A stretch of 63,985 bases of DNA, counting the filler, from Octopus bimaculoides (lineage: Eukaryota): assembly GCF_001194135.2 (NCBI RefSeq). It is 4 parts of 3 records of this genome, joined end to end, with 100 filler letters (N's around TTAATTAATTAA, not from the genome) between each part and the next. Parts side by side here need not be neighbours in the genome. Positions count along the whole stretch, not along the records: positions 27,511 to 59,027 come from NC_068995.1; 3 more parts are not named here. One strand, 5' to 3'. The notes below the pieces were generated by a model that worked only from the letters and a program-made list of their open reading frames with translations, did not search any database and had not been told where the DNA came from. How positions within the stretch are numbered: position 1 is the stretch's first letter; the number at the start of each line of letters is the position of its first letter. Below are positions 37,815 to 49,821 of the stretch, in pieces. A program made the translations under genes and the position numbers.

Positions 37815-37925
37815 TAGGCGTAAGACTGCTTGTGTGGTAAGAAGCTTGCTTCCCAACCTCATGGTTCCGACTTCAGTCCCACTGCGTGGTACCTTGAGCA
37901 GGTGTCTTCTACTATAGCCTCGGAC
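37815..37925 (+). mobile_element. SINE family B head (CORE-like accttgagcaggtgtcttctactatagcctcgg), 3' truncated
   Basis: tRNA-like gtgtggtaagaagcttgcttcccaac...ttcagtcccactgcgtggtacc. Confidence 0.75.
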
Positions 37926-37944
37926 CTACATTTACAATACATGT

Positions 37945-38270
37945 AGGTTCAATGATTAGAGCATCGGGCTCGCAGTCATAAGGTAGTTAGTTCGATTCTT
38001 GGACCGAGCTGTGTGATGTGTTCTTGAGCAAGACACTTTATTTCACGTTGCTTCAGTTCAATCAGCTGTAGAAATGAGTTGCGACGTCATAGGTGCCAAG
38101 CTGTATCGGCCTTTGCCTTTCGCTTGGATAACATCGGTGGCGTAAAGAAGGGAGGCTGGCATGCATGGGCAACTACTAGTCTTCCGTAAACAACCATGCC
38201 CGGACTTTGCATCGGAGGGGAACTTTCTAGGTGCAGTCCCATGGTCATTCATGACTGAAGGGGGTTCCCT
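37945..38270 (+). mobile_element. tRNA-derived SINE with a V-domain-like core
   Basis: B box GTTCGATTC followed by tgtgttcttgagcaagacactttatttcac...cagctgtagaaatgag. A related inverted copy lies at ~52030-52290. Confidence 0.65.
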
Positions 38271-39369
38271 TCTCTTTCTTGCATATATGTACACATATAC
38301 ACACATGCATTCTTATATGCACACATATGCACAAACGCATACTCAAACTAATATATACACTGATGCAAACATTTATATATACAAATACATACATATTAAT
38401 AGATAGATTTCCCTGCAAGTCCATTTTTTTTTACATGCAACGCTTAAAAGCCAAAATTGTTATTGAGTCAGAACTCAAGAAGTATACAAGATCGAAAAAA
38501 AATTTTTTTCAAAGTTTAAACAATCGTAAAATATAAATTTTATAAATTTAGAATAAAGTAAATTATATTAAAATTCCACTGAGGAGTCTGATTTCCAATA
38601 GAAATCCTTAATGATAAACAAAATGATATCCAGTAATTCTGCAGAAAACTTCGAGTCACTGAAGAACTATTGGATTAAGAAAGTAATGATCACTTAATAC
38701 TTCATGATAAAACTGTGAATGCAATGATCTAAGTGTTTTAAAAAATGATGATTTGTCAGCCTCCTTTTTATTCCTCACAACACTCCGGAGGCATCTTTTC
38801 AACCAATGAAAAACATTGGATGTCATTGAAATCATAAATGAAAACAATGAAGCAAACCAACTGATAAGAAACGTTTGTAGTCAGGGGGCATGAACCAATT
38901 GCAAGTCTATAAGAATCTGTGACGGCGCATCTAGGGAAAAAATATAATGAATCTTTAATTTTACAAATTCACATTAATCAATGTTTTGAGTTGAAGGCTT
39001 AAATGGTTTTTTTTTTGGTTTTTGTGTGTGTGTGTGTGTTTGATGTTTTGATGAGTTGAAGCATTTAACACAGGCGTGGAAAACACAATTATATGGATGC
39101 AAATTATTTCGCCTTCTAAAAAACACATCCACTATCTGGATAGTCATCAATCACCGATCACAGATATTGATGAGGAGACCCAACACCAGGTAAAATGAGT
39201 CAATGTAACCTTTGGGAATGGGTGTATGATGGATGTATGCCAAAGCAGACACCAGAGTACAATGCAGTCCTTAGACTCACCAGATACTCTTAAACCATGC
39301 AACCTATTCCAGCGTGTAACATGGACGTAAAATCATGATGATGTGTATATGTGCGTAAGTGCATGTGGT

Positions 39370-39576
39370 AATAATCCCTCGGCTATCGCGGGTGTTACGT
39401 CTCAAGAACCTCCGCGATAGGTGAAGATCCGCGAAGTAGAAATAGTACTGTACTATATATTTTTTTTAAATGTTCATAACATGTATATATTTATTGTATT
39501 ATAAATGCAAAACAACACTACAGAGGAATCGACGTAAGCTTAAATAATAAACTGAACCGCGATATGGCGAGGAATT
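39370..39576. mobile_element. Tigger/pogo-like MITE
   Basis: Terminal inverted pair taatccctcggctatcgcgg / ccgcgatatggcgaggaatt; the right end runs into a gap. Confidence 0.7.
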
Positions 39577-39922
39577 NNNNNNNNNNNNNNNNNNNNNNNN
39601 NNNNNNNNNNNNNNNNNNNNNNNNNNNNNNNNNNNNNNNNNNNNNNNNNNNNNNNNNNNNNNNNNNNNNNNNNNNNNNNNNNNNNNNNNNNNNNNNNNNN
39701 NNNNNNNNNNNNNNNNNNNNNNNNNNNNNNNNNNNNNNNNNNNNNNNNNNNNNNNNNNNNNNNNNNNNNNNNNNNNNNNNNNNNNNNNNNNNNNNNNNNN
39801 NNNNNNNNNNNNNNNNNNNNNNNNNNNNNNNNNNNNNNNNNNNNNNNNNNNNNNNNNNNNNNNNNNNNNNNNNNNNNNNNNNNNNNNNNNNNNNNNNNNN
39901 NNNNNNNNNNNNNNNNNNNNNN

Positions 39923-39964
<42 letters not shown>

Positions 39965-41769
39965 GTATATGTGTGTGTATTTATGTGTGTGTATATAGAT
40001 GTATGTATGATATATATATAATAGAGAGGGGCGGGGAAAAGATTTGCCTAAAATTTCTATGTAGGTGGGGGGATGAGAATAGCTGTACTAATGCATTCTA
40101 TAGATTTTCTATAGAAAAAGTAGAACACCGTATTGGCTTATAAAAACGTTTAATATACTTCGTAGTATATCATGGTTGCATAACGAAATGTGGTGTCACT
40201 ACAGGTCATTAATCTATATTTCTATGGAGCAGACTTCGTTTTTAGAAGAGCCAGAAGAGGAGATGATATAAAAAGCGAAATTTTGGAAAAAGAATTATTT
40301 TCAGAGAACTGGCTGTTATTTCAACATGCTGAGCGAACACAACGAAAGCCGCCCTCATTTCGTCTGCTGACTCAACAGATATCTATACCAACGGTCGAAT
40401 TTTGAAACGTCCATAATGTTGGTATGAGGGTGGGGTGACTATTTCAAAATCAGGGATGGCGGGTGGAGTCGTTTTCTTTTTTAAACATTGAAATTTTGAA
40501 AATATTTTTTTCAGAATTTCCATATTTATTCACATACATTCTCAAGAAATTTTCGATAAACGTGAACAACAAAAACAAGTGTACGTGTATGTGTGTGTGG
40601 AAGGAGGATTGTAGATCAAGAATTGAGGGCCAAAATTGTAATCGATATTGTTGAAAGCAAGATTTCAAAGAAACTTTTGAAAAATTACCCTGCATCTAAG
40701 GTTTAAGGTTGGGCCTGTATCCTTAAGCATGCAGAAGCTCATGGAGAGCGGTCCACACAATCTTCTAACTTATGATGAGTGGCTAATTTCTTTGCTCAGA
40801 TGATTATTTCGTTGTATGTTGATATTCTGGTTTTCATATTTTGGTGATAGTGTTAGAAAGGAGTCTATTGAGTAACAGGATTGTTTAGCTCCTCATGTTA
40901 CTCATAGTTTCGTGGACATAAAAACATAAACCAGGTCCTCGGATATTCGAAAGCAAAGGGAAAAGAAAATAGTTTAGTTTAGAGAGGATTTAACCCACAT
41001 TGGTCAGTTTGGATCATGCTGTTCTAGCAGTAAGTAAACAATAACAGATGAGATGAAATCATTGTAGTTAAGAGCAGGAGCAAAATTATAATTACGTGTC
41101 TAATTAAAGTAATTGTTTGGAAAAATTGACATAGAAATTTTATGAAATTTTTCAAGAAAATTATGAAGAAATATAATGAAATTAAATAATGGTTTAGTAG
41201 TAGAAACTATCCAGACTTTTTGTGGGGAGTTTATATAAAGTGAGATAAGGAAATGTCACGTCACTGAATCCAAAGGCTTTTGTAAACATTCTGCAAAGGA
41301 AAAGGAAAACAAGTCAAAGCTGAATATCTAGTCAAAATTGTACATTGGTACACTCTAAAAGTTGGAAGGGTTTGTTTTAAATCTAAATATTTAAAATTAA
41401 ATTATGTATTTAAATTATAAAGAAAATGCATCAGAATAAATCTGCTCGTGTAAATGCCGGAAGAAGAATATTATAATATGCCATGTTTTTCTGAAAGCAG
41501 AAGTAAAGTGACGAAAGCTACGACAAGAAATCAAAACCAGGTCGCAGATCTGTTAACGAGAACATTCGTTCAAAAAATATTTCCGAAAATAGCTGAAAAA
41601 CAGGAAAAAAAAACTAAAAGCAGTAGAAATGCACGAACGATTGTGGTGGTGCCATGAAGTAAACATGCTTCAGATACACTCGTTTATTCATACAAACGTA
41701 ACTGAGATGAAATACGTCATAAATAACAGTATAACAGTGACAAACGAAATATACACCGCCAGAAGTTGT

Positions 41770-41997
41770 TGTTGACAAACAACAACAGTACTTTTATTCA
41801 GCTGAATACACGTCATTGATTGGTTGAAATTACCGAAATACGACTACTTTAACACGAAATAACTTTGAAAATACAAACTTTTCTCAACAACACTAAAAGT
41901 AAAAGATGTTTTATATGACACATTCTACCAGTGTCCGAAGTTTGAAAGTGTTTAGTTAAAAAAATCAATTTCTCGATCTGCCGTTCAAAGGGTAAAG
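41770..41997 (+). mobile_element. Possible piggyBac-type non-autonomous terminus
   Basis: Ends ccgttcaaaggg|taaa, near the ...AGGG|TTAA pattern. No partner TIR was found. Confidence 0.3.
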
Positions 41998-42779
41998 ATC
42001 CTAAAATACAACTATGGGGAAAGAATTCAATTCATAATTGCCAATTTACAATCACAAATACTTTGTCCTCTTTTCTCAGAGATCCTGTTTTATTTGTTCT
42101 GCCTTAATAAAATTGCTGTAGATAGTTTTAAACACTATGTTGCATAGAGAGTTTTATAAATGGATAGATAAATAATGGTGGGATGGATATAAAGATTGAA
42201 AGTGGGAGAGAAGTGTTATAAAAATTAGTGAGACGTTGGCATCAATGAAAAACGCTATGTAATTTAGTTTTTGTCTTACGAGATTTGGAAGCGTGTCAAT
42301 TTCAAGAAGAAATTACAGCTAAAATATAGGGAGGTTATTATACATCATATTTATTTATTGAGGCCAGTAGTACTGAATGTATGTTAGCATAGTAGGTTGG
42401 CAGTTATAGCTAATTTTACAAAATCTAGTTACTGGTAGTCAAAGCAGGTTAATCATGAATGTAAAATAGAAAGAGGATGAGGAAATTCACAATTACAAAA
42501 TGAGAGAGAGAATTTGGGTTATGATTCAAATTTCATTTAAAATCTATATCATACGCTTTTCATAAACTTTTTCTCGGTACATTGGTTATTCCAATCAGAA
42601 AAATATTGGCGTGTTACATATAATACTGTAGCTAACAAATGCAGAAGTAATTTCACATTTTGAGCAAAATATGACAATCAGAGAATGTTCCATTTTATAG
42701 TATAAAAACATGTATATTAGGAAATGTACAAACAAAATGCACTTTTATTCTCTCATTTTGACAGAAACGTTCAAATAGA

Positions 42780-43830
42780 AATAATCCTTTCCACAATAGG
42801 CACAAGGTTTGAAATTAGGGGAGAGGGAGCTAGTCGATTACATCGACTCTAGTTCTTGACAGATACTTATTTCATCAAACCGAAAGGCAAAAATCAACAA
42901 CGGCGGAATTTGAATTCAGAACGTAAAGACGAATGAAATACATATTTCTGTATTGCCCACAAGAGGCTAAACATAGAGGGGACAAACAAGGACAGACAAA
43001 CGGATTAAGTCGATTACATCGACCCAGTGCGTAACTGGTACTTAATTTATCGACCCCGAAAGGATGAAAGGCAAAGTCGACCTCGGCGGAATTTGAACTC
43101 AGAACGTAACGGCAGACGAAATACCGCTAAGCATTTCGCCCGGCGTGCTAACGTTTCTGCCAGCTCGCCACCATTTCAAGTAGAAATAATAATTTCTAAT
43201 AATGCGAAGAGACTATCAAGTTATAATGATCTAACATATGTCTGGCACTTCTTTATATCCACCCCGGAAAGCTAAAACGCAAAATCGACTCCGATGGGAT
43301 TGGAACCCAGAACGTAAAGAATTGTAACTAAATACTCCATAACATTTTCTGTAATATTTCAACGATTCTGGAAAATATCGCCCTCATTTCAAGAAGAAAT
43401 AATGTAACATATCGTTGGAAAGGAATGTTGACGTTTATCTCGACTGCAATACTTTATTAACACAATATTTTATTGCTCCCAAAGCGACGAAAGAAATTGT
43501 GCTCGGAGCATTGCCAACCAAGAATGTAAAGATACATAACTAAATGTTATTAAGCATTCTGTTCGTCACACTCCTAATTCTATCAGCTGCTGCCTTTAAA
43601 TTAAAATAACGGTTTCAAATTTTAGGACAAGTGCAGAAAGTTTTGTTGAGAGGGGCCTAGTTAATTATATCAACCCCATGCTCAACTGAGGATTATTTTA
43701 TCGACCCCGAAAGGATGAAATGTAAAGTCGACCTTGATAGCAATTGAACTCAGAAAGTAAAACCGGAAGAAATGCAGCTAAACATTTTGACCGGCGGGCT
43801 TACGATTCAGCTAGCTTACCACCATCCTTC
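42780..43830 (-). mobile_element. Cluster of ~4 co-oriented SINE family A copies, including a little-diverged copy with an alternative 3' tail (42950-43170)
   Basis: Copies at ~42798, ~42950, ~43240 and ~43600. The 42950 copy ends in aatccgtttgtctgtccttgtttgtcccctctatgtttagcctcttgtgggcaat instead of the usual cccctccc..aatttcaggccttgtgcct tail. Confidence 0.9.
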
Positions 43831-44180
43831 AAGTGAAAATTGTTACACCTTTAACAGTTTATCGCTGACCTTTCTAATTTCCGTCTGTCCTTATTTTAGT
43901 ATCCCTTACACCCATAGAGAGAGAGGGGAGGAGAAAAAGACAGAGTGAAAAAGAGTCTCTTAATATATGTGAAAATTAGACTACCTTACTCTAGGAACAA
44001 ATATTTTTCAGTTTATTCGTTGCATTAACCGAAGATCTTGAAAGAATATATTTTCAATTTATATAATTTATAGCAACAATTTTTATATTTTTGAAGTATA
44101 TTGTACAACATCAGAACTTTACGAATTCTTTCCGTTGACAATATTTCTCATTACATGTTTTCTTGTTGGAGTGCTTCATG

Positions 44181-44218
<38 letters not shown>

Positions 44219-45895
44219 TGTGTGTGTGTGTGCGTGCGCGCGCGCGTGTGCATATATGTGTTTGTATGTGTGTGTACTAACAGTTGATACCTTAAATGTG
44301 CATTACAGACGTTAAAGCCTGTTGGTGATTGCAATACTTTCGTCGACCCACGGCTGTAGTAGAAATTCTTTGCCTAAGCGACTACACAATGAGACTGAAC
44401 CCGAAACCAAGATCTTAACGACAGAGCCAAAGACCTTAATAATATTCTTCATTAAACAGGATATTAGCCATCAGAAATACTTATTTCAAAGAGAGGCTAC
44501 TTCTTCCACATTCGTGTTCCAAATAAGTAGTTATTATGTCCAATATCACAAAATGTTGAAAACCAGCAGAAACATCAATGGTGTTTGGTGTACTGTTGCT
44601 GATTTTCAGGTGTTGACAGCGTAAGATTTTGCTGCTGCTATTTTATTATACTTATACATTCTATGACATTGAGAAAGTCATGATCGTTCTAAAATTCTGT
44701 GTACTCACTTATAATAGAACATTATGTCAAAGGAAACTGATATAAGTTAAACAATCGAGCGAATGTCAGGCACCTGTTTCAGCAGTTGACTTTTAGAAAA
44801 CTAAGTTTCATACTCTGCTTTTCATACTTTGAAATGTCATCATGTAAGACAACATTGTTGAAAAGAGATCAAAAATGTAATGAAAAAGAACAGATACTAC
44901 AGAAATTTTTTTAAAAAAAGCATAATTTACTGGGTTTTAAACTGTTGTGCAATACAGGTGTCTGAACGTATGTATCAAGAGACACTCTCTTTCAAGAAAA
45001 CAAGGAGAAAAAATTATTGATCTCTAAGCACAATAGACATGACTTCGTGACAAAATGGATTGCGGCTGTTAATTGTGCTTGGCCTATTTCGCACAACTTA
45101 TGACAACTTGCACACGCAGGTAAATAATTTCAAACAGAGGGTAATAGTACGCTTGTGACCTTTTCAGTATCTTTCATGTCTTAATCTCATGCCGCATTTA
45201 TGTAAACTTTTTAATTTGGAAAGTGAAGGTAGTCTGTACCAACAACCATAAACGGTGTTAACCTTTAACAGAGCTGATTGCTTTGCACCTTTGAAATTAA
45301 CAAATATTTCTTGCTGTGCAATTAAATGAAAGGTTCTATATTTTTTAAAAGAGAAAAAGGGCATTTGGCCAAGTGTTATATTACAATAGAATGCTAAATA
45401 ACTATAAAAGTCTCAACATACTCAAAGTCTCAACATACTCAAAAGTCTCAAAATAAAACTGACAGTTTTTCTTTTGGGAAATATTTTCATACATGCACAC
45501 ACACGTACACGCGTGCGCGCACATCGATGTGTAATATGCATATATAAGTATATAAAAAAACACATATAACTGTGAAAAGTACGATAGAGGGACGGGTATA
45601 TAATTAATAAGTTTCGTTGCTATATACTGAAGTTGTAGAGTGGCGGTCAACTTATAGCAATTTCAAATTCGATATGGGACGGAGTGTATTCAATGCATTG
45701 ATTAATAAGCTCTATTCGTCGATTATTACCTACTTTATATGTACCTATACAAACCTTGTCTGTATTTGTGCTAATCAACTTTCTGTACCGCGACCATATT
45801 GAATCTTACACACATACACGCATGCACACGCAGGTATATAAATATTCAAATATACGCTCACACACATATATAAAGAGATATAAATATAATTACTC

Positions 45896-45935
<40 letters not shown>

Positions 45936-46386
45936 TCTAGAAAACACACACACATGCTCGCACACACACATACATACATACATATAAACTGTTTTCATCT
46001 ATAATTCTCAAATATTCTTAATATCTTATATTTGCAATTTGTTCTAATTTCATAAGGTTTTGTTAATAGTATTCCAAGTGCTTCGCGTAAATATATTTAG
46101 AATTTATGTTTTTCGCTCCCTGATGGTTTTGCTCAATTTTAAATAGTTTAAAGCTAATGCCCTTGAACTTAGATTTCCACAAACATTCCGAAATGAATGC
46201 TTGTTATGAATTGCAGATTTTGCAGTAATTTGAAAAAGATCTTATAAACTGTTTAACGTCATTATGGGTTGTCACTGCATATATAAATGACAATATCTCA
46301 ACTGGCTATTGATTAATAATTCTCTAATTATATTTAATTTTTCTACTCTTTTCATTGTTATTTTCAAAACTACAAGAATTGCATTA

Positions 46387-46389
<3 letters not shown>

Positions 46390-46465
<76 letters not shown>

Positions 46466-46467
46466 GC

Positions 46468-46510
<43 letters not shown>
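46390..46510. repeat. (TAT)n(TGT)n microsatellite, the tail of the adjacent R4-like LINE
   Basis: Seen directly. Confidence 0.97.
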
Positions 46511-46511
<1 letters not shown>

Positions 46512-47005
46512 TCCTTCGTAACACAGTGTAGGTAAGAATGCACCGAAGTCTTTAGCCATCTGTTAAGTCTCAACAAGGACTTCAGACAGATAATACTTTT
46601 CTTAAGATGTACGCTGTGCCCAATAAGGCTGCTTTTTGCAAGACAGCAATCTTGCATGGAGTTTCCAGTTGCCTTAGGAAGTTTTCTGTTTTCTTCAAAT
46701 GCTCCATCCACCCTTATTGCAGCCTCTGTTTGTTCCATGTACTTCTTGAGATTTTTACTCACTGATCCCAGGGTTCCGACAGTTATTGGTACCACTACCA
46801 TCTTTTTCATCGACCACAGCTGCTTTACCTAACCTGTCATACTTATCGACTTTTCTTTCTTCCTTATCGCATACCTTGCTGTCATCTGGGCATGCTATAT
46901 CTATGATCCAGCATAGTTTCCTTTCTTTTTCAATTAGGACTATGTCTGGCTTCCTATTCTCTATCTCATGGTCGCGATCCTGTGGGATTTTATGATTCAG
47001 TGCGA
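46510..47005 (-). mobile_element. R4/Dong-like LINE 3' fragment (RLE domain), apparently a chimera of two C-termini
   Basis: DHEIENRKPDIVLIEKERKLCWIIDIACPDDSKV...VVVPITVGTLGSVSKNLKKY switches to IAVLQKAALLGTAYILRKVLSV*. It is flanked by (TAA)n arrays on both sides. Confidence 0.88.
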
Positions 47006-47029
47006 TTATTATTATTATTATTATTATTA

Positions 47030-47359
47030 TTATTGAGTGAGAGAGTAGTGCATGCTATCAAAGTAACACTAGGGTAAAATATACGAAGCCTAGTATACCC
47101 ATCATAACTACCCGTCTGATAAGGGTACACCAGGCGCATGCATCACAATATATTCGCGCGATTATTATTATCAAGAAGGCGGCGAGCACGCCGGTCGAAA
47201 TGCTTGGTGGTATTTCGTCCATCTTTAGGTTCTGGGTTCTAATGCAGTCGAGGTCAGCTTTGCCTTTCATCATTTCGGGGTCGATAAAATAAGTATCAGT
47301 TGAACACTGAAGTCGATGTAACCGACTCATCCCCTCCCCCCAGATCACTGCCCTTGTGG

Positions 47360-47432
<73 letters not shown>

Positions 47433-48112
47433 GAGTGAGAGAGCAGTTCATGCCATCAAAATTACACTGGGGTACAAATATCGAAGCCCAATATACACAT
47501 TATGACTACCCGTCAGATAAGTGTATGATTATTAGTAGTAGTAGTATTGAGAGAGCAGTGCATGCCATCAAAGTGACACTGGGGTACAATTATACAAAAC
47601 CCAGTATACTGATTATGACTACTAGCCTGATAAGAGTACACCAGGNNNNNNNNNNAGCCTGATAAGAGTACACTAGGCACCTGCATCACAATTATATGTG
47701 CACGCCATGGTGATCTCATATCAAGATAAACAGCGCATGACCTTGCAGGTGGGATCCAGTTAGAATTTTCTTCAGGTCGAGTAGCTCATCCCAGTCAAAA
47801 GGTCCTTGGATAAGGTTTGTTTAAAGATGATGAACGAAATACCCAAGTTTCCAGAGGTGAATTATTCAAAACCCAAAGAGTTCCTCTCAGCACATGCCTA
47901 TGATGTTCCCCCAGAGATGCACATATTGGCAGCTTCTAAAGGGACATGCTCAACTGGCTATGGTCAAACAACTGACAAGCAAATCTGTGGTATTGAGCAG
48001 AATATTTGCTGTAGCCCATCTTTTATACCAAGACAAAACATGTACATGATAACATTTCAAATCAGTTAATGTCAGAAGCTATGAGATCCACTGCCTGTTA
48101 CTGAATCAGAGC

Positions 48113-48115
<3 letters not shown>
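47030..48115 (-). mobile_element. Three iterated 3' ends of one repeat family, each ending in (TAA)n or (CTA)n, with an intervening SINE A (47175-47360, +)
   Basis: gagagagcagtgcatgccatcaaagtgacactggggtacaa-like units at ~47035, ~47430 and ~47546, separated by ATT/AGT arrays. The third copy extends to ~48115. Confidence 0.8.
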
Positions 48116-48160
<45 letters not shown>

Positions 48161-49539
48161 CATCATCATCATCATCATCGTCGTCGTCGTCATCATCATC
48201 ATCATCATCATCGTCATCATCATCATCATCATTATTCATTATTTGGTAGTCTCAATCTCACTGCTAATCTCGCAGCGAGTACATCGGTCGCGATGCATTT
48301 TCTAAAAGCCTCGTCCAAATTCCAGACTGGCCTCTGCTCTGTTTCTACTGCTAGTTCTTTGCTAAACCTTATTGATTCTATTCTAATCGCTCTCTTCAGG
48401 TCGAACCACCATTTATTATTGATGATTTGCCTGTCAACACCTGCTTAACTAGTTCACTAATCTGGTCTCTAAAACCTTTACGCGCCGGCAACGACGCATT
48501 CAGCTTCCAGTAACCGGGTCCCTGTCTATGGAGCCTATGTCAGTCGACTGTACAGATCACGAATTTGTGGTCTGTGTAGTCGACTACTTTAAATTATGGA
48601 CAACTTTTGCTATCCTAATTTGCTATTTTATAGAATATCCTATCTCGATACGATCTGGATGACCCGATGCAGTTTGACCAGGTCGACACGGACACATCAG
48701 GGAAATCCAATCGATACTTGACAGACAGTTGAAATCGTCTGAACAGGTTTTCGATGTTTTTGCACCCTCCTCCTCATATCTGCTAAACCCATTTTACATC
48801 TAAAACTCCATTCCAATCCCCCACTAACATTAAAGAGCGGGACATGCTCAACTGGCTATGGTCAAACAGGAAAGTTTCCAAACATCTCAAGAAATTTGGT
48901 AGTCCTGCCCCTGTCCGAGCATAGACGGCAACTTGCCTGAAAGAATGTCCTTTGCTGCCGTTCATGTCCAGCACCACCGACTTACCTTCTGGATCGAGGA
49001 AGATCGTCCGTATTGCTACATCCAGATTTTTTTGAACCATCATGGCAACTCCGCCTGCCACTCCCGGACGACTTAGAAGTCTCGTGAGTCGGAAATTCTG
49101 ATTTTACTAATGACCACCACATCGACATTCAGTGCCTTGAAGTCGTTGAGCAGGCGAACCCGCACCAAGGTGACCCCCCAGGCCATATATATTCACTCTA
49201 CCTATTCTGTGCATGACCATGTTGTCAGAAAAAGAAACGGGGAAAAAAGGGAAAACTTACTTGGTTTTGTTTGGAGGGGCAATTTGTCCGTCCCTCCAGT
49301 TGGCTTGGGGCGTTTCCAGCAGTAAATCATCAAGAATTCCCGTGGTGATATTCCCCCGAAAATCTCTGATTTCCTGTGGGAATTGCGTTTTTAATTGTGT
49401 GTATGTGTTTTGTGTTGTCTGAACGATTTGTATGTGTGCATGTAGGGAGATTGTGGATGTAACAAAATCTTCGGTGTTGTGTTTGAGTGTGTTATTATAT
49501 AATTCATAAATTCATTGTTTTTTTATGCTTATTGCCATG

Positions 49540-49821
49540 TACAGTTCTATATTTAAGAGATGAGGAATTATGTACCTTATTTACATTATTTACATTTGAC
49601 GGATATTTGTCCTCATCTTGTTTGTTGTTAACACAACGTTTCGGCTGATATACCCTCCAGCCTTCATCAGGTGTCTTGGGGAAATTTCGAACTTGGGTCA
49701 AAGGTATTATTATTATTATTATATGCCCACGGGCATATGGCATAGTGGTTAAGAGCGCGGGCTACTAACACCAAGATTCCGAGTTCGATTCCAGGCAGTG
49801 ACCTGAATAATGTAAATAATG
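49540..49821. mobile_element. tRNA-headed hammerhead element, copy 2 (ribozyme on -, tRNA head inverted onto +), inserted into the Tx1-like LINE
   Basis: The tail and ribozyme align with 10087-10200. The head (A box 49738-49748, B box 49783-49792) aligns with the reverse complement of 10232-10314. An 18-bp palindrome atatgcccacgggcatat (49721-49738) sits at the inversion joint. Confidence 0.88.
49630..49675 (-). ncRNA. Minimal type I hammerhead ribozyme (PLE type), core intact
   Basis: GACAC-CTGATGA-A-GGCTG-gagggtatat-CAGCC-GAAA-CG-TT|GTGTT: helix I 5 bp (one G-U), helix II 5 bp, loopless palindromic helix III ACGT, and a GUU triplet. Predicted cleavage is between 49635 and 49634. Confidence 0.8.

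Noticed and set aside
44606-44625. ttttcAG|GTGTTGACAGC|gtaaga, an 11-nt microexon-like pattern
   Set aside because: Not frame-preserving, with a weak pyrimidine tract and donor; such patterns are common by chance in AT-rich DNA.
45164-45364. ORF with ordinary-looking composition
   Set aside because: No recognisable domain and no clean splice sites; equally likely decayed TE.
47030-47660. Repeat-spacer-repeat pattern superficially like a CRISPR array
   Set aside because: Eukaryotic DNA; the units are ~100-bp retroelement 3' ends separated by microsatellites, and there are no cas genes.
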